Origin: Gracilinanus agilis
Lineage: Eukaryota
Assembly: GCF_016433145.1 (NCBI RefSeq)
Contig: NC_058131.1
Span: 601,478,868 to 601,542,867, forward strand
DNA: 64,000 nt
Direction: 5' to 3'
This document shows positions 1-13,300 of this stretch, one piece after another; within the stretch, counting starts at the first letter, position 1; every line of letters begins with the position of its first letter. Under the pieces are notes generated by a model. It was not told where the DNA came from. It saw only the letters and a program-made list of their open reading frames with translations, and searched no databases. Position numbers and translations under genes: made by a program.

Positions 1-870
1 GGGGGTGGAGGGGCCGCGAGGACTTGGATCCCCTCCTTGGGGGTAGAGAATAGAGAAGAGTCTCGGAGTAGAGCTTGTTTCTAGGGGGTCCTCTATTTTG
101 TCTTGGCCTTGACTGGGAGCGCCTTGCGAAGAGGGACTGCCTTTGCCTTCGTTTGTATCCCCCCGCGGTTTAGCACAGTGCCTGGCACACAGTAGGCGCT
201 TGATAAGTGCTTGTTGGCTTGGAGGATGCACCTCGATGCCCCCGATTCAGAACCTTCCTCTCCCCACCCAGTGAGATTCCTGAAGGAATTGTCACGTAAG
301 CAGCTTTCCTGGCCCGCTGCCCAGTTTGGGGTGCGGCCCTGCTCCCGAGTACCCAGCGGAGTCTGTGCTAGGCTTAGCTCTTGTTTTGGGATGCTTGATT
401 CCCACCTGTTCCCTGAGAAACTGCCCTTCCGAAGCCTGGGATTGTGGGTGGAGACACGCCCATCTGGAAAAAGAGAAAACTGCTTGGAACTGTCGCATAT
501 TTACTGCGCTGGGGCGGAGTCCGGCCGGAGCCCCCGGGCTTACAAAAAGCTGGGGCCGGGAAAGCCGAGGCGGACTGAGTAAGGATTAGGCGAGGTAATC
601 CTCTCTGCCTCCTCCCGCTAGGATGGGAGTGGTGAGTAAATCGGCAACTTTGAGTACCACGTGGACTAACTTCTACGTAGTGTTTGTGTGCCGCAGCTTG
701 AGTGCTCGGGCTGTGCAGCCTTTTAGGTCGGGGCTTAATTGACAATTGACTGAGCAGTCCGCTGTCTAGATTGAGAAGCCTACAGCTAATGCAGCAGCGT
801 TAACTTTTCGGTATAGTCAGTCTACCGTCCGCCCGTGATGGTTCGGCATTCAGGCAGCCGGGTGGCACGT
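1..870 (+). promoter_or_regulatory. CpG-rich 5' part of PRC1 intron 1 (probable tail of the PRC1 promoter CpG island)
   Basis: High CpG density at the window start; no ATGAGGAGAAG exon found between 1 and 10027, so exon 1 is inferred to lie upstream. Confidence 0.55.
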
Positions 871-1080
871 GCATGTAATGCCCGACCTGGAGCCCAGAAG
901 ACTTGGCTTCACACCCTAGCAGTGTGGTCCTGGGCAAGTCACTCAACCCTGTTTGCTTCAGTTTCCTCATCTGCAGAATGAGGTGCCGAAGGAAATGGCA
1001 AACCACTCCAGTATCTCTGCGGAGAAAATCCAAGCGGGGTCCTAAAGAGTGGGACAGGTCTGAAAATGGGCCAAACAACT
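851..1080 (+). mobile_element. Mar1/MIR-core SINE
   Basis: CORE ctgggcaagtcact...cagtttcctcatctg plus Mar1 tail gaaggaaatggcaaaccactccagtatc. Confidence 0.75.
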
Positions 1081-3254
1081 ACACTGCTTTAGGTATGCTA
1101 GCTGGGCTGGCCTAGCTTCCGATTTCTCTGTCAAGTGGGCTAGTGAAAAGAAACAAAATGTTCTGCTTTATGGGAAATCTCTTGTCCCGACTCCAGTCTC
1201 AAATTAGTTGAAAGCTTAGCATAGCCTGAAATAGCAGGTTGTGTTCCTGCAATATTTAAGTGTATGTCGGCTGACCCTGGTCAGTGGTTCAGTCCTTAAA
1301 GCTTGACTCTTGCCAGACAGTCATCTTGCAGATATTAATTAATGAGCAAAGGAGCCCAGGCAGAGACAAAGCTAAAAGCACTGTACTAGCAAAAACAACC
1401 CAAAGAGTCTTTTCCAATTGCATGTCATGTCTAAGTGGAAACTTAGCTCTAAAAAGCTGCTTTTTGTAGTTGGTGTTGCCTTTTGGTACTCCCTGGGCAG
1501 CTTTATGAACTGGAAACTGCTGCCAGGTGCATCTAGTTTATAGCTTGTGCAGGCTCTTTATCTCCTCTGCTTTTTAGCCATACCCCTACTACCCAAAAGG
1601 AATCACCTTCCACTCTTGAGTCAAAAGGTCTCTTATAAGACTGACATCACCCTAAAGGTTGGTCTCAGATTTGGGTGTTATTTAGAGTGTGGTTTAGCGG
1701 AGGGAGTGTTAGGTTAGGAGATGGGAAGACTTTTCACTTCTGATGCTTTTTAGGAGCAAATCCCTTGGCTGGAAGCCTCTGGCCCCTCCCCATCGCCCAA
1801 ACCAGAGATGCTTCTGTCCCTTTGGGGAAGGGTCCCCTTCACTGATGCCTGCAGCTCTAGAATTCAGTCACCCCTGGGGTCACCAAGAGCTCCCCCTACC
1901 AAAAGAAACTGAAAGGTTGTCAGATGGATCACCTGCATGCTGATATTGACTCTGACCACAGTGATCTGAATGCTTTGTTATTATTATTATTATTTTTAAA
2001 CTCTTTACCTTCCATCTTAGATCATCAATGCTGTTTATCCGTTTCAAGGCAGAGGAATGGGAAAGACTAGGCAGTGGGGGGTTGAGTGTCTTTCTCAGGT
2101 TCACACAGATAAGAAGAGTTGGAGGCCGGATTTGAACCCAGGACCTTTTGTGTCCAGGCCTGGCTCTCAATCCGTCACCTAGCTGTCCATATCATAGTTT
2201 TTCTGTAAAATACTGTTGACAGTGTGATGTAACAGAATTACTAATTAGCTGTGCAAAGTCTAGGCATTTCAGTCCCCTTGCTTGTCTAATTGGGAACGGT
2301 GCTAAGACCCTCTTCCATCTCTATTAATGGTCAACTGGTCAGGATTTAAGTCTAGTTTTGTTTATGGGCTCCTCTTTGGAAAGCACAGGTAGACCTAAGC
2401 ACTGGGCCCCGGGCACCTTCTGTGCAACTGACCCCTGACCTCTGAGATTTGCCCAGGGTTCTACAGATGGAACCCAAGACTTCCTGACCCAGAGACCATT
2501 TCTGACATTTGTCTTCCCCCACGACCTCTCTAACCCATGCTAACACTAAGGATTGGTGACTGCAGGTGCTGTGGGTCCTCAAAAATAGGAGCCTTCAGGG
2601 CTCCTCATGGGGATGAGAGGCCCAGGTCCACTGAGGTTCTGACTTGTTCTCAGTCACGAATTCAGTTTCCCTGCCAGGGGCCTTTTCGCCTCCAGCTGGT
2701 GGAGTACAATTTAAAGAGACATGGAATTTAAAATGCAGGGAAGCCTGTAATGGCCAAGTTTTGATAGTAAATTAATTTTCCTTTCTCTGTTTCTACTGCA
2801 AATAAGTAGAAACCTATCTCCTGTCCCCGTCACTGATTCCCCACACACATACACGTTGGACCACACTAAGTCTGTGAGGTTCAGTGGAAAGAGTGTTAAG
2901 AGCCCAGATTCAAATCCTGATTCTGATACCTCCTCCCCTGGTGACCCTAGTCCAGTCACTTATCCTCTTGGAGGCCCCGGGCGACTCATCTGTAATGCTC
3001 ACCTCACGCAGCTGTGGGGAAAGCCTTGGGTCCGCTTCTAAAAGCTGTAGTCCAGAGCCTTCCAGAGAGAGTGCGAGGCCCCAGGGGTCCCCAAAGGACC
3101 GCCAGGCTGGAGGCTGGCCAGCAGGCGTATGAGGGCCGCTCATTCAGCTTCAGGTTGCATTGTGTGGGTGCACGTTAATGGTTGATATTCCAGTCATCAT
3201 CCACTTCCGAACTACAAAGGGTTTTTTCTCCCTAGAGCTTATTTCATTCACACG

Positions 3255-3620
3255 AAGGACTTTTCGCGTGTCTAGTCGGTCAATAAGTTTTATTTGGTGA
3301 GCTCCCAGGATGTGACTGCCCCCCTCGCCGTGGGGGCGGGGCGCAGCCTGCCAACCGCTCGGGGCGGGGCCAGTTTGCCAACCGCTGAGAGGAGGTGGGC
3401 GGGGCGCCCTCTGGGAGGGGAGAGCTGGCACTGGGGCGAGAAGGGTCCTTTGGGGCCACCCAAACACTTCCGGTACCCGTTCCGGAGGGCCCAGCCTGTG
3501 GCTTTGGGTCTCCCATAGACGGGGAGCAGATTCGGGGAACCAACCTAGTCCTGTGGAAAGGTTTCATTTCGGCTCTCAAGAGTCATGTGACCCCACGCCG
3601 AGCCCACAACCGGAGCCCAG
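3255..3620. promoter_or_regulatory. CpG/GC-box cluster in PRC1 intron 1 (candidate enhancer or alternative promoter)
   Basis: GGGGCGGGGC at 3333 and 3361, GGGCGGGGC at 3397, E2F-like TTTTCGCG at 3261, repeated GCCAACCGCT. Confidence 0.4.
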
Positions 3621-3824
3621 AGGCTTCGGAAGTCCTTGGACAGTGTCTTCATTTCAATCTAACCAGAGTTTAATGATGTTCCATTGCCTGATAGTATTAG
3701 GAAATGCTTTTCGATCTTTACTCAATAAAGGAATTGATGATTAATGAATAAGACTTCAGAAGAGCTCGGGGCCGCATCATGAGCCAAATCTTTCCCATCC
3801 TGGTTATGGTTCTGAAAGCCCAAA

Positions 3825-4250
3825 AAATCAGTCAACAAACACGGAGTGTTTACAGTGTGCCTAGCACTGTGCTCAGGGCTAGAAATGAATAAAGATTTTT
3901 AAAAAGGCAAAATACAGTCCATGCCCCCCACAAGGAATTTGCAGTCTAATGGGGGAGACAACAAATATATAAATAAGGTATGCACAGGAAAACATGGGAA
4001 ATAAAGAGGGAAAGCCCTAGAATGAAGAAAAATGGGTAAATTCTATCTTCCTGTAGAAGCTAAGATTTTATCTGGGTCTTGAAGGAAGCCAGTGAAAATA
4101 GGAGGTGAGGCAGGTCCAGGGAAAGAATTCCAGGCCAGGGGAAGAAACATCCAGCAAAAATGGGCAGAGTCTGGAGAGGAAGAGTCTGGTGTATTGACCA
4201 AAGAATAACCAGGAAGCTGTTATCATTGGAGTAAAGAATACATCGGTAAG
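3825..4250 (-). mobile_element. LINE-2 3' fragment interrupted by a SINE
   Basis: tcagtcaacaaac...gtgtgcctagcactgtgct L2 terminus motif. Confidence 0.65.
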
Positions 4251-5063
4251 AGAACTAGGTAGCTCAGTGGATGGAGAGCCAGGCCTAGAGATGAGAGTTC
4301 CTGGGTTCAAATGCAGCCTCAGACACTTCCTATCTGTGTGACCCTGAGCAAGTCACTTCACCCCTACTGCCTAGCCCTTCCTGCTCTTCTGCCTTGGAGC
4401 ATAGTATTGATTCTGAGATGGAAGGTGAGAATTTAACAAAAGGATGAGGTTTGATGAGGCCCTTGGATTGGGTGACCTCAATGGTCTGGGTTGAGTGCTT
4501 GGACTGTAGAGCATCAGGGCAGGAGAGTGAGAGGAAAAGCCTGTTGGCCCAGAGAGGAGAGTTGTGGGCAAAAAGAGAAGGCAGGATGGAAAAACTATTG
4601 GCTCTGTCAGTAACCATTGGCATGCCTGCTATGTGCCGAGGGCTGGATGGATAGGCTAGCTATGCTGTGCCTCTCCTCTCTGTTCTGGCTCCTGTTATGT
4701 CTGTGTGTGTATGTTGGGCGGGGGTGGGGGGGGGGAACGACAGACAGAAGGGGGAATGAGAAGGAGGTGCAAAAGGATTTCCTTTCTGAGGCCTTCTTTT
4801 AGGTGTGGCCTAATGTTTGGAGGGTGGCTGATGTTTTGACCAATATGGCATTTGTTGATTATTTTTTATTCTCTATCTTTTTGGTGTGGGTGCTCTCCTG
4901 GTGCCACTGATTACAGAAAACATCAATTAATGGGGCATGTGCAGAGAAAAAAGAGACATATTCCCTCTCCCCTGTCTGAGTACAATGGAAGCAGTATGAG
5001 ACATGATCTCTGACCTTGAAGTGTTCTTAATCTGTTTAAAAAGTAAAAACTAACACAAATGTT

Positions 5064-5276
5064 AGGCAGCAAGGTGGCTCAGTGGATGGAGAGCCAGGCC
5101 TAGAGACAGGAGGCCCTGGGTTCAAATTTGGCCTCAGATGCTTCCTAGCTGTGTGACCCTGGGCAAGTCACTTCACCCCCATCGCCTAGCCCTTATTATC
5201 GCTCTTCTGCCTTGGAACCAATTCACAATATCGATTCTATGATGGAAGGTTTAAGGGTTGAAAAGAAAGAAAGGCA
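5064..5276 (+). mobile_element. SINE1_Mdo-type SINE
   Basis: Typical head and tail; TSD actaacacaaa/actagcacaaa. Confidence 0.85.
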
Positions 5277-8200
5277 CTAGCACAAACCATTCTGACACAA
5301 TTCAGTGCCTGTGGTGAGCCTGCTTTTGTGTGCAGGGAGAGTTCCTGGGGAGAGTTGGGATGGAAGCTGCACTTCCTAAGGATGCCCTCTGTTGTAAAAG
5401 GGTCTGAATGGGAAGAGCCCCAAAGTGCAGAGGTCCCAGCTTCGAGGAACTGGCCATCATTTAGTGTAAGGATAATGACAAGAATGAAGCTAGCATTTAT
5501 ATAGCATATTAAGCAAAGCTTTATGCCCCTGTTATCTCATGGATCTTCAAAACCTCCCTATGTGTAGGAGTATTATTATCCCACTTTACAGATGGGGAAA
5601 CCAAGCCTTATAGAGGTTAAGTGACTTGTCTAGGGTCACACAGCAGGTATGTGTCAGAGACGGGACTTGAGCTGGAATTGTGCCAACTAGGATGGGGGCA
5701 ACAGGAAAGAGAAAAGAAAGTGTGACTCCAAAAGACGTTTCAGAAGAAAAATAAATGGCATTAGTTACCGAGTAATATAGGGAATGGAGAAGGAGGAGTG
5801 CTAAAGGCCACATGAAGGTTTACGGCCCTGGAGGTACCACTTAGAAAGGTAGGAAGCATTTGTTTGGGGGCTCTCTATCTGTTTCATTGGCATTTAGAAA
5901 TGATTGATTCATTTAAACTCTTTCTGTCTTAGTGACAACTCTAAGACAGAGAAGGGAAAGAGTTAGGAAAGTGAGGTTAAATGACTTGCCCAGGGTCACA
6001 CAGTTAAGAAGTATCTGAACCAAATTTGAATTCCAGGCCTCCTGACTCGGGTCCTGGGCTCTATTCACTGAGTCACCTAGCTGCCCTGGTTTCATTGGCA
6101 TTTTGCCATCCTTTTTCTCTCTCCCTCTTATCCTTCTCAGCTTTTTTTAATTATATGCTACAATATCAAAGCTGAAATGTCTTATAAAACTAAAGCTAAT
6201 TTAATTGCTTTTTTTATTTACTAGGTGGCCTTCAAAGATAGACAACTAGAGTAGAAAATCTTGGGTTGGGAATTGGGAGACCCAAGCTAGATTTCTTCCA
6301 TTAACTAACTTTGTTGTTGTTGTTTTTTAACTGTCTGAATGTGGTTTTTGTTGTTGTTGTTAGTCACTTTTTAAACAATTTGTTTCTTTGTTATGTTAAA
6401 GTTCCCAGGTATCTCTATCCTTTTCTCCCCTTCCAGAACTAAAGACAATATCACTTGAAAAAATACATATGCATATATAAAACCGTTTTGCACCTTTCTA
6501 TTTTTTGGTTCTTTCTCTGAAGGTGGACACAAAAGAGTAATTCTTTAAACATTTATGTTGCTGTATATGATGCTCTCTTGGGTTCATTTTACTCTTCATA
6601 ACTTCATGTATTTCTTTCCATTTTTTTCTTTAAATTAACCTGCTTGTCACTTCCCACAATCCTATGCCACCTATGCTCTAGTGAGTGGGTCAGGATCCCT
6701 TTAACAGAAAAAGGGTTCTCACTTCTGCTTTATCTTTTCACCAACCAATTCACTGCAGTCTGTCTTAGATAAGGTTCTAGAATATAGTCGTTAAAATTCT
6801 TTTGTATGACCCTAGGATGGTGTCTAAAAAAAAAACGAGCTGCTCCAAGAACCATCCTTTTTTTTAATTAAATAAGAATTTTGTAATTTCATAGATTAAA
6901 TATTCTGACTTCAAGGAGCTTATATTCAACTAATTAGTAACTAAAGTATGTTTCTGGTTGAAGTATTATCCCAATATAGAAAAGTTACTTTTTCTGACCT
7001 ATCAAATGGAAATTTTTAAAGCTGGCAATACATGAGTTTTTTGGACAGTATTAATAAATATGAAATCTGGGCAGGAGCCCTACTTTTGAAGATCATTACC
7101 TTTGTGACTCTGGACAGGCCACTTAACCCTTCTTGACCTCCATTTTTTTAATGTGTAAAATCAGAATTCTCTTCTGTTCTAGTTAAATACACCATGCCAG
7201 GAGCTGGAATATGAAAGTAATAAAGGCCTGGTCCCGGCCTCGTTAAGCTTCTGAACTATGCTCCTTGTGTTTGATTTGTGTATCCAGGATAGGCTTACTG
7301 CGAGACTAACCCGGTGTGTCTGCCTGAATGAGATTGTGATTTGGAAACGTTCTTCATGTGTGTGTTTTTTCTCTGTGGATTGACAGGCCGGTGACTCCCT
7401 TGGGGTTAGAGCATGCGGGGCGCCGGGGGGCTTGGAGATGGGAGGGCAAGGATGGCCATGGGCCCGGCGTCCTTTGCCACCCAATCGCCTCTTCCACTCC
7501 GTCCCTTCGGAAGGGAGGCTTAGCATCCATTCTACAACCAAAGGTAGAGTTTAAAAAAGGCTTCAGAGTGTGCTTGGGTCTGACGGTTACCTTCCTCAGT
7601 GGTTAAAACAGCTTGGCACCTGGCTGATGAAATGGGTTGAAATTGAGGTCCCTGTCGTACATCCAGATGGAAATGGCCAGGAGTAGGAGTTGGGAATGGG
7701 GGCGGGGTGGGGGGGCAGGGTGGTGGTGGTCCTAGGCTGCTGTTCATAACTCGTGGCTACGAGAAAGGAGACACATGAGAGCGCAAGAAACTCAAAGAAA
7801 GATGTTTTAAACAGGAAGAAGACAGAGCCTGAGCCTAAGGAGAAGCTGAAAATACAAGAGGGGAGATGGCTGATGGGCAGGTGGATGGAGGATGCAGGGC
7901 TGGCCTGGAGCTAGCTTTGGCAAGAAAAGGGCCACAGCTGTTGGGAAGGGGACCAGAAGATGGGGGACCTGGGAGATAGGGGGGGCCAGCTTGGCAAGAA
8001 AAGGGCCACAGCTGTCGAGATGGAGGCAAAAAAGATGTGCCGGGGGTGGGGGGGGTGATATCAAAAGATTGGTGAATGGGCAAAGTTTTAGAAATGGTAG
8101 GATGGAATGGAATCAAAGAAGCACATTGGAAGGGTTGGCCTTGGCAAGAAGTGACTTCTCGTCCTTTGATCAGGATGAGATATGCAAAGACACTGACCAG

Positions 8201-9050
8201 TTTCAAGGAGCAGAGTTCAAGAGAAGGCCAGGTTGAATGGTCTTAGCTTTTCCTAAGGCTCTTGTCTCCCAGGCAAATGCCTTGCATGGTATTATGGAGG
8301 GAAAAAAATCTGGTTTTGAGCTTAGTTGTCTGGATTCTGGATAGATGTGATCTTACTGTGCTGCTATTTGCTTGATTCCTTCCCTGCCTCAGTCCAGTAG
8401 AAAGAATATCAGATTTTAAATTGGAAGACTTAAGTTCCACCTCTGTCTTTGCCAGGTACCATCTCTGCGGTCTTGGGCAAGTCACATAATCTCTTCTGGG
8501 ACTTTGTGTCCCCATCTGTAAATTGGAGATATAATATTTCCTCACAGAACTATGATAATGAATGAAGTGGGGTACTTCATGAAGCGAGTCAAGACACCCA
8601 GAAGTTCCAATTAATGGAACCTTAATAAATGTACCTACTGGCCAGGACAGACTTTCTTAGTAAAAGCTACCCCAAACTGAAGTTAGACAGTTTTTATAGG
8701 GTTACATCCATGCAAGAGGTTAAACGAGCTTATACAATGTAGAAAATGATATATTGCTTTAAATCATACCACAAGTGAGATATAGCCTTAGTGACCAGGG
8801 CAGAATGACCAGGGCAAGCAAGCCTTACCGTACAGAAGCCAGATGTGCCCTTAGCAGGGGCGGACAGGACATTCCATGGTATATCTTTTCTGATATTGGA
8901 TTTATCCCTTCCTTAAGGAGTCATCCTTTGGGGCACATTGACCATGCATTGCTTCTGACTTTCCCCTGAGAAAGCATATTCCTAATGTCTGCTTGCTACA
9001 GGGAAAAGTAGGCTTATTGATTTAACCAATTGATCAGGGACCTAGTTTTT

Positions 9051-9250
9051 ATTTTTATTTTTATTTTTTAGACCCTTAACTTCTGTGTATTGGCTCCTAG
9101 GTGGAAGAGTGGTAAGGGTGGGCAATGGGGGTCAAGTGACTTGCCCAGGGTCACACAGCTGGGAAGTGTCTTGAGGCTGGATTTGAACCTAGGACCTCCC
9201 GTCTCTAGGCCTGACTCTCCATCCACTGAGCTACCCAGCTGCCCCAGGCA
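9051..9250 (-). mobile_element. Young SINE1_Mdo variant
   Basis: TSD acctagtttt; short-tail variant nearly identical to the copy at 51977. Confidence 0.85.
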
Positions 9251-9710
9251 CCTAGTTTTATTTCACTTCATGAACAGTTGAGATAACTTAAAGACATATT
9301 TAAATGTCGGTAGTGGCCATTATGTGTGTCTCCTGGAAAAACAAAAGGATTAAGACGTAATGGTTCAGATCATTGGATTTTCATGAGTTAGTAAGAATGA
9401 AGGAGGGAGTGAACATTATTTATTTTGAAGCCCTTTCCTTCAAACTGTTGGAGTAAGAATGCAGATCAAAGCATATGATTTTTTTACTTTGGTTTATTTG
9501 GATTTCTATTTGGGGGATTTTGGTTTTATATGATTATTCTCTTAAAAAACAAACAATATAGACATGTTTTGTGTGGTAAAACATGTATAACCAAGACTGA
9601 ATGGCTTGCCAGCTTTGGAAAAGGAAGGAGTGTGACAATTTGGATTATATAATTTTGGAAAACTTGAGTAGAAATTTCTTATTACATGTAATTGGTAAAA
9701 TAAAATATCT

Positions 9711-9895
9711 ATTAAACCCTTCCCTTCCATCTTAGAATCGATACTGTGTATTGGTTTCAAGGCAGAAGAATGGCAATGGGGGTCAAGTGACTTGCCCAGG
9801 GTCACACAGCTAGAAGTGTCTGAGGCCAGATGTGAACCCAGGACCTCCCATCTCTAGGCCTGGCTCTCAAGCCACTGAGCTACCCAGCTGCCCCC
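9711..9895 (-). mobile_element. SINE1_Mdo-type SINE
   Basis: Consensus-like full-length antisense copy next to an L1 3'UTR fragment. Confidence 0.8.
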
Positions 9896-10027
9896 ATGAA
9901 AAGTGATTTAGTAAAAGCCTTTGCTCCTTGCCAAGCACCGGGCTAAATACTAAAGGTACAGACAGATACATGTCATTTTAGTCCTGTCGTCTTGGATGTC
10001 ATCAGGTTTCTATTCTTACTTCTTTAG

Positions 10028-10160
10028 TGAGGTGCTGGCAGAGGAGTCGGTGGTTTGTCTCCAAAAAGCCCTGAACCGTCTTCGAGAAATCTGGGAATTG
10101 ATAGGCATTCCGGAGGACCAGAGGCTCCAGAGGACGGAGGTCGTCAAGAAGCACATAAAG
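10028..10160 (+). CDS. PRC1: PRC1 exon 2 (dimerisation domain)
   Basis: tttag|TGAGGTG...ATAAAG|gtgagt, 133 nt, EVLAEES...KKHIK. Confidence 0.96.
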
Positions 10161-10242
10161 GTGAGTGACTGGTTTTAGTTTGTGATGGATGGGCATCTGG
10201 GTGGGGGGCCGTGGAGGAGAGGGGACCAGGGGATCCTCTGAA

Positions 10243-10304
<62 letters not shown>

Positions 10305-13300
10305 GGAGCATCCTGTGGACAGATTCATCTTGGCTCTAGGGCCTGTTGGAAATGATGATTGCCGAAGAAGAGAGTCTAAAGGAGCGGCTCCTGAAAAGCA
10401 TCGACTTCTGTCGGAGAGAGCTCAACACTCTGTGCAGGGAGTTAAGCCTCGATTCCTTTGAAGTACGTTTTCTGTCCACTCTGGGTCATTCTGAAGTGAG
10501 GGGAACCGGGCGTGGGGCCCAAAGAAGCCTGAGCCAGGAAGGGGGGGAGTCCTGGGGTGCAGGGGCTGAGCCAGAGGGCCAGCTCGAGCTAGGGAAGAAG
10601 TAGCTTCCACGGGGAGGTCGAGCCACCAAGAAATTTATACCCGGGCCTCCATATAAGTGCAGGGACACGGCCCAGGGGCAGGTGGGGAGGCCTTGGCTAT
10701 GCCCCTTCAATGAGATAGGATGCTAGCCTCGGCTTCGCTGCAGGTTTTATCTGTCTCGCACCCAATCTGAGTTCCAGGAGGGCCACCCCAAGTCATTGTC
10801 CTGAAACAGAGACCCGGCGACACAGCCGACTCCCGGGAGGTCCGAGGAGCCGTTGGCATCTATCCACTTACTTGTTCCCAGAATGAGGTGCTGCCTCTTC
10901 CTCTGGCCCTAGATGGGCGCTTTTACCTAGGAGGCCTCTGGAAATCAATCCATCTGAGCGGCCCTCTGCCCCTGTGGCCAGCCTCCAGATGAGTCCCTTT
11001 GGCCTTAACTAGGCTGGCCTTGGGACAGCAGGCATGAAGCTGTTTGTTCCCCAAGCCTCCGGCCTCGCTTGATCTGTCTTGCGGCACTGATGGCCATTGC
11101 TTGATGCAGGAGAAAGAGGAGAGCACCATCTTGCAGCTCGAAAAGGATCTGCGCACTCAGGTGGAAGTGATGGTCAAGAAAAAGAAGGAGAGAATGCAAG
11201 AACTGAAAGTGCTTCGAGAACGCGACCAGGATCTGTGTGAGATCCTCTGCACACCCCTCTACAGCATCGATCTCACATCCGTCCCCAGCCTGGAGGAGCT
11301 GGAGCAGTTTAGGCGGCACCTGGCGACTCTGAATGAGACCAAGGTAGGTGGCCCGTCTCCCCCGGGGCTCTGCCCGGCCGGGCCCGCGGGTGCCGTGCCA
11401 ACCCCTTGTTCTCTCATAGACGAGCAGGCGGGAGGAATTTGTGAGCACAAAGAGGCAGATCATCCTGTGCATGGAGGAGCTGGATCACACACCGGACACG
11501 AGCTTCGAGAGAGACGTGGTGTGCGAGGATGAAGACGCTTTCTGCCTGTCACTGGAGAACATCGCGGCCCTGCAGACGCTGCTGCGACAGGTGCGCAGCC
11601 CCCGCAAGCCCCCTTCCCCGTGCACGAGCCTTGAAAACAAGCAACACCACAAAGATGGCTGTCATGTGTGCTTGTACCAGATTAGTCTTATTTTTCATTA
11701 AATTAGTGCCAGAATTGTCCAAGGTTTCTGAACCAAGTTTGCTTGCCGTTTAAAGTTGTCTTCATTTGCATTAAACAGGGCTTCCTTCCCCCTCGATTTT
11801 CCCATCAAGGTTTTGATACATTCTCTGGTTTGCATAAGAATTAAATGGGAATTTTGGGAGAGTTTTGTGCAGATGACACTTGAAGGCCAGCAGAAGACAG
11901 AAAAAATTTAGAAACTCAGAAATGCATAAGTAATATAGACATAGTATTGTATAATATCAACATATTTTATCTTTTAGTACTGTAAATTTCTGTAAAGAAT
12001 GTGTAAGCTAGAAAATGACACCCAAAGGCTAAAAGTGTTCACATTGACCATGACCTTAACCCAGATTTTATAGTAAGATAACGGTAAATACCCCATAAAT
12101 GAAAAAGAAAAAATTCAGACTTCTTCTCCGGTACAAAGAGAGGGCCAAACATTTTTACACTAGATTACAGGGGCGCCACCCCCCTAACCCAATCCAGCTC
12201 TTTTTTTTCTCCTCTGTATTACTTCATCCATGTCTCCCCAGAATGCTTTGGATTCTTCCTATTTGTTAATCCTTTATCTTCACAATCAAAATTGGTTCAG
12301 TTATTTCTCAATGGGCATAATGTTTCTATTTTTTTTCTATGACAAATAGCAGTATTTTGGGGCAAATAATTCTTCTCATTCATCTCTGTGGGATGTGTAC
12401 CCACTGGAGCCCTCGGCCGAAGGGTAGAACAATTTTATGCCTTTGCTTTGATGATTGCAGTCTGTTTTCCAGAATGGTTGGACCAGCTGGGCCAGCCTCG
12501 GTGATCGAGCCTTGTGGCTGTTTTACCTCCTTCCCACTTCTTTACTCGTCTCTTAGCACTGTTAGTTCACATCAGGCGGCTTTGGGCTTGCGTCTATAAC
12601 TTTGTGCTGGGTGAATGTGTCGTCGGGGTTTGGGGATGATGTTATTCCAGAAGTAGGATCCTCACCTCAGACACGGGAGGTGCCGGGGCCTCGTAAAGTC
12701 AGGAAAGTGGCTGCCCCTTCTTTCTTTCTTGTTTTAAATGTATATTCCTGCTGTGCAACAACAGATGAAACCCTGTAAATACACCAGCATGGAATGGGAA
12801 GCTGAGGCCTGAGAAGGGGCTGCTTTGTGTAACTCTTGGCTTTTTTCGCTTTAGCTGGAAATGCGGAAAGCTCAGAACGAAGCTGTGTGTGAGGGGCTGC
12901 GCTCGCGCATCAGAGAACTCTGGGACAGGCTGCAAATCCCCTTGGAGGAGAGAGAAGCCCTGACCCCATACATGAGCGGCTCCAAGGCCAAGATAAAGAA
13001 GGCGGTAGGGAAATGTGCGGCCCCTGGCCCAAGAGCTCTAGGCCCTCTCTGGCCAGCCCACTGGGCCTGAGACAAAGGCCGGCTGGAGTGGGCTGCTTTT
13101 TCAGGGACTGGTGGTGGTGCCTCAGGGGCTTTTAGACTCTTAGAACGCACATCACACTTCCCAGGAGCCCGAACCTCCTCCCTCCAAGGCTTTGCTGCTG
13201 GGAGTTCTATCCGAGAATAGAAACCTCGGCAACCATGAAAGCCTTTGGCAGGTTGAGGGGCCCCCTCCCTGTGGGGAAGCCTGCGGCCCTGTGCTCGGGG

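Noticed and set aside
7913-8160. Direct repeat ttggcaagaaaagggccacagctgt (twice, plus a partial third copy)
   Set aside because: It appears to lie within a degraded L2 fragment (similar motif near 30070), so it is not CRISPR-like and not a novel array.
1-10027. Search for PRC1 copy-1 exon 1 (ATGAGGAGAAG|gt) inside the window
   Set aside because: No ATG-containing exon with an open phase-2 junction to exon 2 was found. The candidates at 623 and 7413 hit stops, so exon 1 is inferred to lie upstream of base 1.
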